Shown: positions 1-9,226 of the stretch, one piece after another
Layout of the letters: the number at the start of each line of letters is the position of its first letter
Numbering within the stretch: the stretch's first letter is position 1
Source of the DNA: Candidatus Altiarchaeales archaeon
Lineage (GTDB): Archaea > Altiarchaeota > Altiarchaeia > IMC4 > SCGC-AAA252-I15
Direction: 5' to 3'
Assembly (NCBI GenBank): GCA_014727915.1
Contig: WJMO01000005.1
Coordinates: 416,001 to 480,000 of the forward strand
DNA length: 64,000 bases
Translations under genes and position numbers: made by a program
The notes under the pieces: model-generated
Seen by the model: only the letters and a program-made list of their open reading frames with translations
What the model was told of the DNA's origin: nothing
Databases searched by the model: none

Positions 1-1087
1 TGGGAGGCACCCTCTCGGGGCGGTCCTCGTCCGTCAGCTTTCCGCCTGCAGCCCAGTAGAGGAAGCTGTAGGTGTGGAAGTTCTGCTCTCCCTTCCCCGG
101 CGGGTCGACCACCTGCCCTGTCTCCGCGTTCACTATCTGGGTGTAGGGCCCGGGCGATATCATGAGCCTCTCGTCTGCGACGGCGATGCCCTCCTTCTGG
201 AATGCCTCGTTCACCCCTGATATCGTGACTGCGCCTGTCTTCTCGTCCAATCCCAGCTCTATCCCATACTTCCCGTACTTGTCGTTCAAACGCTTTACTC
301 CCGGCTTAAGCCTGGATACCTTCGCCCGGGTCATTTCAGCCAACTGCTCTTCCGTGTACCTGGGAGCAGGCCCCTCGATGATATCCACGTCGATGTGCTT
401 ATGCATCCTGGTGCCGGCTGTCACTGGCCTGGCATGGTCTGCGGTGGCCGGCGCTGATACTAGCATGAAGTCAGGGGGCAGTTCCTGCGCATATGAGAGT
501 TCCCTCCCATCCCCCCTTCTTTTTACTGGTAGGATGGCGGCGTCCGATCCGAGTCGGACCTCTTCTGCCTGGTCTAATGTCCTGTCCATGACCCCCTCCG
601 CGGAGCTGGATATGACGGTTCCCTTAGGCAGCATTATGCTGTCAGACGCTCTGAGTCCGCCGGGGATTATCGAGATCCTATCGCCTCCCCGCCCGTGGAC
701 TGTGACATCACCCCTTGCCCTGTTGTTTCGGATTGTGATCCTGTCGCCCTTTTTAAGCTCGTACCTCCTGGTCTGCATGGGCCCGATCTCAGGGTCGTGG
801 AATTCAAGGTCTCCACCGTAGGCCTTCGAAGCGCCTGCCAAACCCGCAGCCGCCAAACCTGCCGAAGCCGCCTTACCGAGGAAACCCCGCCTATCAATGG
901 TCTCACCTCCTGTTTTGGCCAGTGAGTCCGCAACCCCTACGGCAGCCGCGGAAGCGGAGGTCTCGGCGCCGATGACCATGGGCTGGTCCAGCCTCTCCCT
1001 GGCCCCGAATGCAGCATCATCCTGCTCGAATGCAGCCGATAGGCTGGTCCTCTGCCTTTCCCCTTGCCTGGCTGTTTTGACGCTCAT
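1..1087 (-). CDS. Hypothetical protein, 3' end runs off the window; contains a twin-arginine (Tat)-like segment
   Basis: Open frame read manually from ATG at 1087 (MSVKTARQ...ETIDRRGFLGKAASAGLAAAGLAGASKAYG...) to the window edge; not in the ORF track because it has no stop in the window. Confidence 0.7.
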   Translation of the reverse strand, partial: MSVKTARQGERQRTSLSAAFEQDDAAFGARERLDQPMVIGAETSASAAAVGVADSLAKTGGETIDRRGFLGKAASAGLAAAGLAGASKAYGGDLEFHDPEIGPMQTRRYELKKGDRITIRNNRARGDVTVHGRGGDRISIIPGGLRASDSIMLPKGTVISSSAEGVMDRTLDQAEEVRLGSDAAILPVKRRGDGRELSYAQELPPDFMLVSAPATADHARPVTAGTRMHKHIDVDIIEGPAPRYTEEQLAEMTRAKVSRLKPGVKRLNDKYGKYGIELGLDEKTGAVTISGVNEAFQKEGIAVADERLMISPGPYTQIVNAETGQVVDPPGKGEQNFHTYSFLYWAAGGKLTDEDRPERVPP

Positions 1088-1141
1088 CTTCTATATAATA
1101 TCCTGAAACACACACATAAAAGCTTTGAACATTGTATGATA

Positions 1142-1753
1142 CTATGGCCAGAGGGTTATTCTCCGGTCTGTGACCACATCTGGCGTTGTGAACTCGACTA
1201 TCGTGGAGCTGCCCACCCTCGGTATTATCTTGGTCCTGACCTTCTTGTTCTCGGCTATACCGCCCACGTCGTTGCTTCCCGTGCACTCATAGCACTTGAA
1301 CTTGACCTTCAGCACGTCCCCCCTGCTCAGATAGTCCGTCTCGAAATCGGGACCCTCTTTGGTGTAGGTCACCACAAAAACCTGGGTGTTGCTGGCAAGA
1401 ACATCGTCTGACACGTTCCCCCCGTAGTTTAGGCTCTGGGAGGTGGTGGAAGTGTCCACCAGCAGGAGGGTGTTGTTCAGGTTTATGGACTGGCTTCCCG
1501 CCTGCAGCTTCATTATCATCTCGAAGTCCTCCAGGTCGTGTCCCGTGCTCCCGTCCGTTCCCATGACATTGAGCACCTCGACTCCTGTGGCGACACCCTC
1601 CTCAGCCTGCGACCCGGTGGTGAGGGAACGCTGCTGCAGGCTGCCTGAAGTGGAGATTAGGACGGACGCCGCCACCGCGGCGACCAGTATGATGGCTATG
1701 AATATGATGAGGGTTCCAATGCCCATCATGCCCCTGTCTGAACGGATTAACAT
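1142..1753 (-). CDS. flaB: Archaellin (archaeal flagellin)
   Basis: Class III signal peptide DRG/MMGIGTLIIFIAIILVAAVAASVLISTSGSLQQR, the typical archaellin N-terminus. Confidence 0.9.
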   Translation of the reverse strand: MLIRSDRGMMGIGTLIIFIAIILVAAVAASVLISTSGSLQQRSLTTGSQAEEGVATGVEVLNVMGTDGSTGHDLEDFEMIMKLQAGSQSINLNNTLLLVDTSTTSQSLNYGGNVSDDVLASNTQVFVVTYTKEGPDFETDYLSRGDVLKVKFKCYECTGSNDVGGIAENKKVRTKIIPRVGSSTIVEFTTPDVVTDRRITLWP

Positions 1754-1791
1754 GGTTTATCGTAAATAATTGGTCTGCGACCGTTAAAAGC

Positions 1792-2394
1792 CTAGGAAGT
1801 CGGCCACACGGTAATCCTGCGGTCGACCATTGTCAGCGGAGTCTGGAACTTGATGACCGTCTGAGGGCCGTGGGGGGGTATGATATGGATCTTTATGTCC
1901 TCGTCCTCGCGTATGGGGTTGGTCCTGATGGAAAGCTTCGCAACGTCCCCCAGGTTCACATAACCTGCCTCATAGTGGGTTCCCTCCTTGAGATAGTAGA
2001 CCATGTACGAGTGAGTCGACGACGAGCTGCATTCGCTGGAGCATGAGCTGTTGAATACCGTGGTCTGCTGGAAGTCCCTCCCCTCAATGTATATGAGGGT
2101 GGTGTTCAAGTTGAGGGATATCGTCCCCGGTAGCAGCCGCACCATCATGTGCAGGTTCTCCAGCTGGTGGGGGGTGGAATCCGTCGGGTGGGCGTTAGTG
2201 CCAATGATGCTTACCACCTCCAACCCGGAGGAAACGCCCTTCTTCCCCTCCATGGCCTTGAGCTGGCTCTTCTGCTGGAGGCTGCCGCCGGAAGTCAGGA
2301 GTATGATGCCTGTGACCCCGACTATGAGCAGGACTGCTATGAACACGATCAAGGCCCCCAGTCCCATGATCCCCCTGTTGCTCCAAGACTTCAT
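1792..2394 (-). CDS. flaB: Archaellin paralog (divergent)
   Basis: NRG/IMGLGALIVFIAVLLIVGVTGIILLTSGGSLQQK; colinear similarity to the neighbouring archaellin through to the ITVWP C-terminus. Confidence 0.8.
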   Translation of the reverse strand: MKSWSNRGIMGLGALIVFIAVLLIVGVTGIILLTSGGSLQQKSQLKAMEGKKGVSSGLEVVSIIGTNAHPTDSTPHQLENLHMMVRLLPGTISLNLNTTLIYIEGRDFQQTTVFNSSCSSECSSSSTHSYMVYYLKEGTHYEAGYVNLGDVAKLSIRTNPIREDEDIKIHIIPPHGPQTVIKFQTPLTMVDRRITVWPTS

Positions 2395-2456
2395 TTAAAA
2401 CACAAGCACGTTTATATTATACTAATTTTGTTGATGTCGTATATAAGTGTTGTATC

Positions 2457-2630
2457 ATGGCGGGTGAGTCTGAGATAAACTGGAACTGGCCGGCGGAACA
2501 GATCGACAGGAGGCCTCCCAAACGCAGGGAGTCCAAGATGAGGCAGATAGGGAAGGTAGTGCTATTCTTCATCGACGAAGCCATCATACTCGTGGTGCTC
2601 GGATACATCCTCTACCGCATATTCACTTGA
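2457..2630 (+). CDS. Small 57-aa membrane protein
   Basis: Manual translation MAGESEINWNWPAEQIDRRPPKRRESKMRQIGKVVLFFIDEAIILVVLGYILYRIFT; fills the intergenic gap; C-terminal TM helix. Confidence 0.6.
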   Translation: MAGESEINWNWPAEQIDRRPPKRRESKMRQIGKVVLFFIDEAIILVVLGYILYRIFT

Positions 2631-2633
2631 GTC

Positions 2634-3203
2634 TCATCCTGTGACTAGCCTGCCCTCCCTGGTCTGGTTCAGGTCCTGGGGTATGACGCAGCTTATCAGC
2701 TGGCTGAACGAGGTCCCGCTGATGTCGCATTGGATGTAAAAGCACGTGTCACCCTCTATCTTCGAGTTGAACTCGTCATAACCCCCTACCGTGTTGTTGA
2801 TGCAGTAGGTGACCGTTGCCCTGATCTGCGTGTCATACCATTCGCTAGGCATCTTGCCCACCGAGCCTGGGGGCGGCTTGTCCTGGCATTGGGTCGGCAC
2901 CATCCCCGACTCGGTGAAAGAGTCCTTGCACACGTAGAACGGCGCGATCGTGGTCGAAGTCGAAGCGGTGGTCGTAGTAGAAGACGTGGACTCCGTCGTA
3001 GTCGTCGAAGACGTCGTCGTTGTGGATGTAGTGGATGTGGTGGTCGTTGTTGGATTCAAGATAGCCCCTACGTCGGGGAAATCCAAACCCCCAACATCTG
3101 ATTTGAACGCTATCACCCCGACTATCAACACCCCAACCAACAGTAGGGAGAGGAGCAATATGACTATAAGGCCTCCAAGAAGTATCTCGGGTTTAGCGCT
3201 CAA
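2634..3203 (-). CDS. Membrane-anchored protein with Thr/Ser linker and Cys-containing domain
   Basis: N-terminal TM helix, TTTTTSTTS run, Cys-rich C-terminal domain. Confidence 0.75.
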   Translation of the reverse strand: MSAKPEILLGGLIVILLLSLLLVGVLIVGVIAFKSDVGGLDFPDVGAILNPTTTTTSTTSTTTTSSTTTTESTSSTTTTASTSTTIAPFYVCKDSFTESGMVPTQCQDKPPPGSVGKMPSEWYDTQIRATVTYCINNTVGGYDEFNSKIEGDTCFYIQCDISGTSFSQLISCVIPQDLNQTREGRLVTG

Positions 3204-3239
3204 TGTGCATTGTTATTAGATGCTAAGCCTAAAAACAGA

Positions 3240-3563
3240 TCAGGGGAGCCTTGTAACCTGCTCGCCTGTCAACAGGGCGTCAAGGTTGAAGTCAGAACCC
3301 AGCAGGAAAGTCAGCGCATAGTATATCACCAGCAAGGCGATTATCAAGGCGATCGCCGAACCGATCGTGGAGAGCAAACCCCCCGACGACTTCTTGACCA
3401 CAGGATTCCCGCTGTCAACTACCCTGGCCTCCCCTGAAAAACCACCTCCAGATGATGGCCTAACATCAACAACTTCGGGTTTTCCGACACCCGCGTCAGC
3501 ATTGGGCGTTGCTCCCTCTTCAAAAACGCCGCCGTCCGATACGTCCTTATCCGTCTCAACCAT
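3240..3563 (-). CDS. Hypothetical membrane protein
   Basis: Low-complexity N-terminus and a single TM helix near the C-terminus. Confidence 0.65.
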   Translation of the reverse strand: MVETDKDVSDGGVFEEGATPNADAGVGKPEVVDVRPSSGGGFSGEARVVDSGNPVVKKSSGGLLSTIGSAIALIIALLVIYYALTFLLGSDFNLDALLTGEQVTRLP

Positions 3564-3593
3564 GTTAACTACAACTTTTTCAGGGTTAAAAAT

Positions 3594-4601
3594 CTAACTC
3601 TCGGGCCCGCATATTCCCTTGAAGAAGTCCTCGGCGTTGCATTCGTCATAGAGCGAGAACACGCACACCCCATATTCCCTACCGCTCGAGTACTTCCTAA
3701 TCTTGTAAACGTAACCCTGGGCCTCGCAGTAAGCCGCCTCCGGGTTTGTCATGTTCTTTGTGGGAATCGTTGTCGTAGTAGTCGGCGGGCATACCCCTAT
3801 CTTATAGCCTATGACCCTCCTGAACTTGCTCTCGGTCGTGCATGCGACGCACGGGTTACTGAACGTCATGGCTTCGAACGTGTACGGCGTCTGGTTGCCT
3901 ACCCTAACCTCAGCGCATACTGGATTATACTCCGAACTGCATAGTGTATCAGGCTCGTATCCCCTGCATTCTGTCATGCTGTCAGTGTAGGGGCTGCACC
4001 TCCCGTCATAGTATGATCTGATCTCGCATTCGTTGCCGTTGGAGAACACACACATGAGATAGGTCTCCCCCGTCACATGCTTCCTCATCTGGATCCTATG
4101 GCCCCGGTCAAGGCAGAACGTTGAAACATCGTCTGTGAATGCGGATTCCTGGCATGAACCGTTGACGCACTCGTACCTGACATTGTATTCCGCCACTTCC
4201 GGTATGCAGTCACCCACTGAAATGCACTTTAAACCGCCCTCATAATCCTCTATGCCCCGTAACCGCCCGTCATCGAAGGTTACGTTGACGAAATGCTCCC
4301 TTGTCATGGTCTCCCCGCCTACTTCAACCTCACAGTCGTACCTGAATGTGAACGACCAGCACCTGCTGCACCTGTGGTATTCAATGCCGACATAGTGGGG
4401 GCCCCTGCAGTCGCCCTGGTTGAAAATGCTCATCTGGCTTACGTTCTGCCTTGCTGCATCCTTCTGCTCCTTGATCATCTCGGAGAGGTCGAGCGTCGTG
4501 GTCGTGGCCGGGCCACCACCGCCCCCAAGGCACCCGCACACCAACACGGATAGCACGATAAACCTCAGGAATCGCATGGTAAATATCATGTCGCAGCCCA
4601 T
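3594..4601 (-). CDS. Putative lipoprotein with DUF333-like and Kazal-like Cys modules
   Basis: Lipobox-like LVCGC; two FC/YC..G......C.F....C....F/Y.G.C modules; CSSEYNPVCA...TFSNPCVAC Kazal-like motif. Confidence 0.7.
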   Translation of the reverse strand: MGCDMIFTMRFLRFIVLSVLVCGCLGGGGGPATTTTLDLSEMIKEQKDAARQNVSQMSIFNQGDCRGPHYVGIEYHRCSRCWSFTFRYDCEVEVGGETMTREHFVNVTFDDGRLRGIEDYEGGLKCISVGDCIPEVAEYNVRYECVNGSCQESAFTDDVSTFCLDRGHRIQMRKHVTGETYLMCVFSNGNECEIRSYYDGRCSPYTDSMTECRGYEPDTLCSSEYNPVCAEVRVGNQTPYTFEAMTFSNPCVACTTESKFRRVIGYKIGVCPPTTTTTIPTKNMTNPEAAYCEAQGYVYKIRKYSSGREYGVCVFSLYDECNAEDFFKGICGPES

Positions 4602-4640
4602 AATAAACAGTTTTCTTTATATACGCCAATTAATCTTACC

Positions 4641-5246
4641 ATGAAGATAAACTGGGCTGAGAGGATACTCGTCAACAACTTCATATGGGCGATTGTCCAG
4701 AGGAATGTCATAGCCCACTACTGGAAGAAGTCCGTCGAATTGGGCGATGAAGCGGTCGTATTGGAGATCGGCTGCGGCAGGGGAGCCGGCTCGGTCATAC
4801 TCTCAGACGAGTTCCAGCCCTCCCGGGTCGACGCATTCGACCTGGACGAGGAGATGATAGGGAAGGCCGAAGACTACATACCAATAGACTACAGGGAAAG
4901 GATAAGCCTGAGCGTCTGCGACGTCAAGAGCATAGGAGCATCGGACCAAACATACGATGCGGTATTTGACTTCTTCACACTACACCATGTGAAAGACTGG
5001 GAGAAGGGCGTTTCAGAAGTTGCTAGGGTGCTGAAGCCGGGCGGATACTTCGCGTTCGGAGAGCTTTACGGCCGGCTCCTCAACAACTACATAGTCCGGA
5101 ACATATTCGAACACCCCCTTGATAAGAGGTTCGAAAGGGAGGCATGGGTGAAGGCATTGGCCGAGAACGGTCTCAGGCTGATGGAGAACAACAGGGACAT
5201 CTGGGGATATGGGATAATAGGGGTAGCTAAGAAAATAGAAGATTAG
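4641..5246 (+). CDS. Class I SAM-dependent methyltransferase
   Basis: VLEIGCGRG motif I; YDAV...LHH; RVLKPGG. Confidence 0.9.
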   Translation: MKINWAERILVNNFIWAIVQRNVIAHYWKKSVELGDEAVVLEIGCGRGAGSVILSDEFQPSRVDAFDLDEEMIGKAEDYIPIDYRERISLSVCDVKSIGASDQTYDAVFDFFTLHHVKDWEKGVSEVARVLKPGGYFAFGELYGRLLNNYIVRNIFEHPLDKRFEREAWVKALAENGLRLMENNRDIWGYGIIGVAKKIED

Positions 5247-6339
5247 GCTCCACCTCATAGCCTGCCCCCCTCAACGTCACCTTGACAGTGTTCCCGTCCA
5301 TGATGTTGAACACATCCACTCCCGCGTCGGATAGGATGTCCAAAGTCTCCGGTGACGGGTATTCCTTACGGTCCTTCCACGGAGTGACGACCGCCAGTTC
5401 AGGCCCTACCCTGGAGATGAACTCCTCAGTGTTAGCCTGCTTGGCCCCGTGCCGGGGCACCTTAAGGATGTCCGCTGACAGGTCTCCCTCCAAGCTCCCA
5501 AGGCATTCGCCGTCGCAGTCACCGGTCATGAGTATCGTGTTGTCGCTGTATGTCAGCTTGTACACCAGCGCGTTCTCGGTAACCCTGCCCGACGTCGGCT
5601 TTGTCTCGGCCGGGTGCAACACGGTCACGTCAACACCGTCGAATGAGAGCGTGTAACCCTCTGAAACGAGCGTGTGCTCGCTCAACTGCGCATAACCCCT
5701 GTATCTGACGTAAATGTTCCGGTCTGAGAGGGCCTCCTGGCCGGTGTCCAAAACGTTCACCACATCCATGGTGTCCATCAGCGTCCAACACCCCCCGTAG
5801 TCTTCGATGGTGGGCTGGCTCACCAGCAGGTAGTCAATCCGCTCGACACCGATGTCGTCCAGTATCCTCTTCAGCCTGTTCGCGCTGGGCCCGCAGTCCG
5901 TCAGCATCGTAGTGTTGGATGTGACGACCAACGTGCTGTCCCCGTAGCCCACGTCCAAGAAGTAAACATCCACCGTCGCCTCCAAGGTGGTCGAGGTCGT
6001 GGAAGTGGTGGTTGCCGTGGTCGAGGTCGATGGGGCGGCCTTTTGGGTGGTGGACTTGACAGCCTTCACAGTAGTGGAGGTCGCCGCCTCCACGGTCGTT
6101 GTGGTCGTGTCCGCCTCAAACAGGAAATCCGACTTCTTCAGGCATTTTATCAGCAGGTCCTGGTCCTCGATCTTCTCGCAGATTGTCGAGTTGCTGGAGT
6201 TAACCGCCTCGGTCATGTGGCATATGTCCCTCCAGTAGGTGTCGTTTATGCCATCGCAGGAGGAGACTTCGCCTCTCTCCTCCACTGTTACGCAACCGCA
6301 CAGGAGCGCCAGCAAAAGTATAGAAGCCCGGGCTTTCAC
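5227..6339 (-). CDS. ComEC/Rec2-like metallo-beta-lactamase-fold lipoprotein with Thr linker, degenerate metal site
   Basis: LCGC lipobox; YFLDVGYGDS, TDCG, LMTGD, DILKVPRHG and YPSPETL motifs. Confidence 0.8.
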   Translation of the reverse strand: MKARASILLLALLCGCVTVEERGEVSSCDGINDTYWRDICHMTEAVNSSNSTICEKIEDQDLLIKCLKKSDFLFEADTTTTTVEAATSTTVKAVKSTTQKAAPSTSTTATTTSTTSTTLEATVDVYFLDVGYGDSTLVVTSNTTMLTDCGPSANRLKRILDDIGVERIDYLLVSQPTIEDYGGCWTLMDTMDVVNVLDTGQEALSDRNIYVRYRGYAQLSEHTLVSEGYTLSFDGVDVTVLHPAETKPTSGRVTENALVYKLTYSDNTILMTGDCDGECLGSLEGDLSADILKVPRHGAKQANTEEFISRVGPELAVVTPWKDRKEYPSPETLDILSDAGVDVFNIMDGNTVKVTLRGAGYEVEPNLLFS

Positions 6340-6417
6340 ATTACAGTATATGGTCGCGGTTTAATAATACCCCCCCAAACCGGTGCTTTTTTATTTGGGA
6401 GAACATAATTTGCTCTT

Positions 6418-6612
6418 ATGGGCTTGTTCGAACGTAACCTGACAGACCATGACAGGCTCGTCAGGGAGGCGGCCGGCTTCGCGGCCATGATAGTGGGTCT
6501 GTTCGCGATGTTCGTCTCCCCTATAGGGATAGCCATATGCCTGGTCGGCCTCTACTCGGTGGCTGAAGGCTACTATGGCGTTTCCGTATGGTCCAATTTG
6601 CGGAAAAAATGA
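6418..6612 (+). CDS. Small two-TM protein (DUF2892-like)
   Basis: ERNLTDHDRLVR followed by two hydrophobic segments. Confidence 0.6.
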   Translation: MGLFERNLTDHDRLVREAAGFAAMIVGLFAMFVSPIGIAICLVGLYSVAEGYYGVSVWSNLRKK

Positions 6613-7022
6613 AGGTTGCAGTCTTGTATTTCACTTTGACCGGGAACACGGGACGTGTCGCTGAGATTCTTGAGGATGATGACGTGGACCTGATCCAGGT
6701 GAAGGGCGGGTCCCGGCTGCTATCGCTCCTGGGCCTGGTGAGAAAGCCAAAGTTCGACGCTGTAAAATACGACCTGATCGTCGTCGGCTGCCCAGTATGG
6801 TATAAGAAGGCTGCTCCCCCGTTCGTGAAGGCCTTGAAGTCGATGGACTTCGGCGGCAAGCAGGTTAACGCCTTTATAACATATGCGTTGAAGGAGAAGT
6901 CGGCTTTGAAGGAGGTCATGAACGTCGTGAAGAAGAGGAACGGCTCCCCGGGGAGGACGGCGTCGTTCAACGTTTCCAAGGGATTGGAAGAGTCCGAGGT
7001 CCGGAAGCTGCTATCCTTCTGA
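6609..7022 (+). CDS. Flavodoxin family protein
   Basis: MKVAVLYFTLTGNT FMN loop; YDLIVVGCPVW; start taken at ATG 6609, overlapping the upstream stop. Confidence 0.8.
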   Translation: MKVAVLYFTLTGNTGRVAEILEDDDVDLIQVKGGSRLLSLLGLVRKPKFDAVKYDLIVVGCPVWYKKAAPPFVKALKSMDFGGKQVNAFITYALKEKSALKEVMNVVKKRNGSPGRTASFNVSKGLEESEVRKLLSF

Positions 7023-7027
7023 CTGAT

Positions 7028-7480
7028 TTATCCCTTCTTCTTGAAGAAAAGCCAGTTCCTGGGGTTCCCGCCCATTCTCGTCTGCAACAGCACATAACCG
7101 CCTTTCAGCTTCTCGCCTCGCAGGTCCAGCACATACTTCCCCCTGCCTTCCTCCAAGGCCTCGAACGTCCCCATGTCCCATATCCTGACTTCTCCGCCGC
7201 CGTATTCTCCTTTGGGTATGGTGCCTTCGAAGGTGGCGTAGGCTAGGGGATGGTCTTCGGTCTCCACTGCAAGCCGTTTCACACCCGCGTCAGAGGGCGG
7301 TTCCTTCGGGAGGGCCCAGCTCTTCAGCACCCCGTTGAATTCCAGGCGGAGGTCCCAGTGGAGGTGGCTCGCATGGTGTTCTTGTATCGCATAAACCGGC
7401 CGGGGCAGGTCCACTTCGTCATCGAACGGTTCTGTCGTCTTCCCCGGGTCTCGCTTGCTCCGGTACTCCTCCAATAGCAT
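7028..7480 (-). CDS. Stand-alone LigD 3'-phosphoesterase (PE) domain protein
   Basis: EEYRSKRD..KTTEP, IQEHHASHLHWDLRLE, LKSWALPK, RLAVETEDHPLAYATFEGTIPKGEYGGG. Confidence 0.92.
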   Translation of the reverse strand: MLLEEYRSKRDPGKTTEPFDDEVDLPRPVYAIQEHHASHLHWDLRLEFNGVLKSWALPKEPPSDAGVKRLAVETEDHPLAYATFEGTIPKGEYGGGEVRIWDMGTFEALEEGRGKYVLDLRGEKLKGGYVLLQTRMGGNPRNWLFFKKKG

Positions 7481-7490
7481 CGTTTAAAAT

Positions 7491-8270
7491 ATGCCGGTTT
7501 TAAATAAATTACAGGTGTTGGATGTGTCTGTTGAATATGAGATCATTGGGGATGACATGCAGGCTGTCATCTTCAAGTTGAAGAACGGGGAGAGGATAAG
7601 GGCCGAGGCCGGGGCGATGATGCTGATGGACGCTAGCATAAGGATGGAGACGACCACAGGCGGGGGCATAATGCAGGGTTTGAAGCGGGTGCTGACCCGG
7701 GAGAGCTTCTTCATACCTCATTTCGAGTGCACGGGCCCGGAGGGGGAGGTCGGCTTCAGCGGCCCTTTCCCGGGCAAGATCGTGGCTTTGGACGTGGGAG
7801 GGGGCAGGAGCATACTCTGCCAGAAGGACAGCTACCTCTGCTCCACCGACCGTGTGGATGTTAGCATCGGATTCACCAAGAAGTTGGGCGCGGGCTTCTT
7901 CGGCGGCGAGGGATTCATATTGCAGAAATTGGAGGGTGAGGGTCAGGTGTTCGTCCACGCCGGCGGCACGGTGATAGAGCGGGTGCTGCAGGCGGGCGAG
8001 GAGCTGCGGGTTGACACGGGTTGTCTCGTGGCGTTTGACGACTCGGTCCAGTATGACATCAAGTTTATCGGCGGCGTCAGGAACGTGTTGTTCGGCGGGG
8101 AGGGCCTGTTCTTCGCGTTGTTGCGGGGCCCGGGCAAGGTGTTGATTCAGACGCTGCCTTTCAGCAGGTTGGCTGACCGTGTGATCTCCGCTAGCAGGCT
8201 TGCCGGCGGCGGGGGCCGTGGTGAAGTAGGCGGTTTGCGCAGCGTCTTCGGCGGTGACAAGGGCTTCTAG
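7491..8270 (+). CDS. TIGR00266/AIM24 family protein
   Basis: AEAGAM, CQKDSYL, GFFGGEGFILQKL, LFGGEGLF, GPGKVLIQTLPFSRLA. Confidence 0.9.
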   Translation: MPVLNKLQVLDVSVEYEIIGDDMQAVIFKLKNGERIRAEAGAMMLMDASIRMETTTGGGIMQGLKRVLTRESFFIPHFECTGPEGEVGFSGPFPGKIVALDVGGGRSILCQKDSYLCSTDRVDVSIGFTKKLGAGFFGGEGFILQKLEGEGQVFVHAGGTVIERVLQAGEELRVDTGCLVAFDDSVQYDIKFIGGVRNVLFGGEGLFFALLRGPGKVLIQTLPFSRLADRVISASRLAGGGGRGEVGGLRSVFGGDKGF

Positions 8271-9127
8271 TCCCAGAAGAGGAGGAAATCCCACACTTTC
8301 GCCATTAGTTCTATCGTTATGTCCAGTGGAGTCTTGAACAATAGCTTCCCCAACAGTCCAGGTTCCGGCTGGGTGGTGCTGGTGGTTGTCGTTACCGTGG
8401 TCGCTGTCGTGGTCGTGGCTTTGACTGTCGTCGTCGTGGGCGCCCGGGTGGTGGTAGTCCTCCTCTGAGTCGTTGTCGTGCTCCTGTCTGTGGTGGTTGT
8501 CGCCCGCTGGGTGGTGGTTGTGGTGGAATCCTTCAAGGTCGTGGTAGTGGTGGTGGGTATGCACCTCCTACCCCCGTCTTGGAGGTAGTCTTCGTCGCAG
8601 TATTCGTCGTCCTTGCACTCGTCGTAGGGGTCGTCGTCCCGGTCGTCATCGTCTTCCCTGCACTCGTGTTCGTCATCGCATATGAAATGGATGAAATACC
8701 TCCACACGTCGCCCCTGTAGCACCTGTACTCGGTATCGTCGTCGCAGTCGTCGTCGTCCGCGCACTCCCAGTCATCTCCCATAGTGGTCGTAGTGGTTGA
8801 ATCTGTGGTCGTGGTGGTCGTGGCTATAGTCGTCGTGGTCGAGTTGGCTTGTAATGTTGTGCTCGTGGGAGCTACTGTTGTTGTTGTCGCGTTCACCAGG
8901 GTGGTGGTTGTGGGTGGCTGGGTAGTGGTTGTCTGATCCGGTAGTGTTGTAGTAGTCGGAGCCAATGTCGTTGTCGGTGCTAGCGTGGTCGTGGGTGCTA
9001 GCGTGGTCGTGGGTGCTAGCGTGGTCGTGGGTGCTAGCGTGGTCGTGGTCTGGTTGGTTTGTCCAGCAGAGTATGTTGAAAAGAGAACTAACACCAACGC
9101 TGCCATTGACATCCTTCCCACTTTCAT
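8267..9127 (-). CDS. Secreted Thr-rich (mucin-like) protein with acidic Cys module
   Basis: Signal peptide, PTTTLA repeats, central Asp/Cys-rich domain, hydrophobic C-terminus. Confidence 0.8.
   Translation of the reverse strand: MKVGRMSMAALVLVLFSTYSAGQTNQTTTTLAPTTTLAPTTTLAPTTTLAPTTTLAPTTTTLPDQTTTTQPPTTTTLVNATTTTVAPTSTTLQANSTTTTIATTTTTTDSTTTTTMGDDWECADDDDCDDDTEYRCYRGDVWRYFIHFICDDEHECREDDDDRDDDPYDECKDDEYCDEDYLQDGGRRCIPTTTTTTLKDSTTTTTQRATTTTDRSTTTTQRRTTTTRAPTTTTVKATTTTATTVTTTTSTTQPEPGLLGKLLFKTPLDITIELMAKVWDFLLFWD
8958..9047. repeat. 18-bp coding tandem repeat (PTTTLA)
   Basis: ggtgctagcgtggtcgtg x4 exact (8976-9047) plus one degenerate copy. Confidence 0.9.
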
Positions 9128-9226
9128 CTTTGAGTTATTCGGGTTATTCGGTTAAAAACTTCCAAACCCTCTGCCAATAATTATTTTGATTTTTTTATAA
9201 ATTATTACAACTTTTATTTCAATAGT

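Noticed and set aside
7028-7480. LigD PE domain as evidence of a novel NHEJ system
   Set aside because: Stand-alone PE proteins are known in archaea; no Ku or ligase in the window
8958-9047. Short direct repeats as a possible CRISPR array
   Set aside because: No spacers; 18-bp in-frame units encoding PTTTLA inside a CDS
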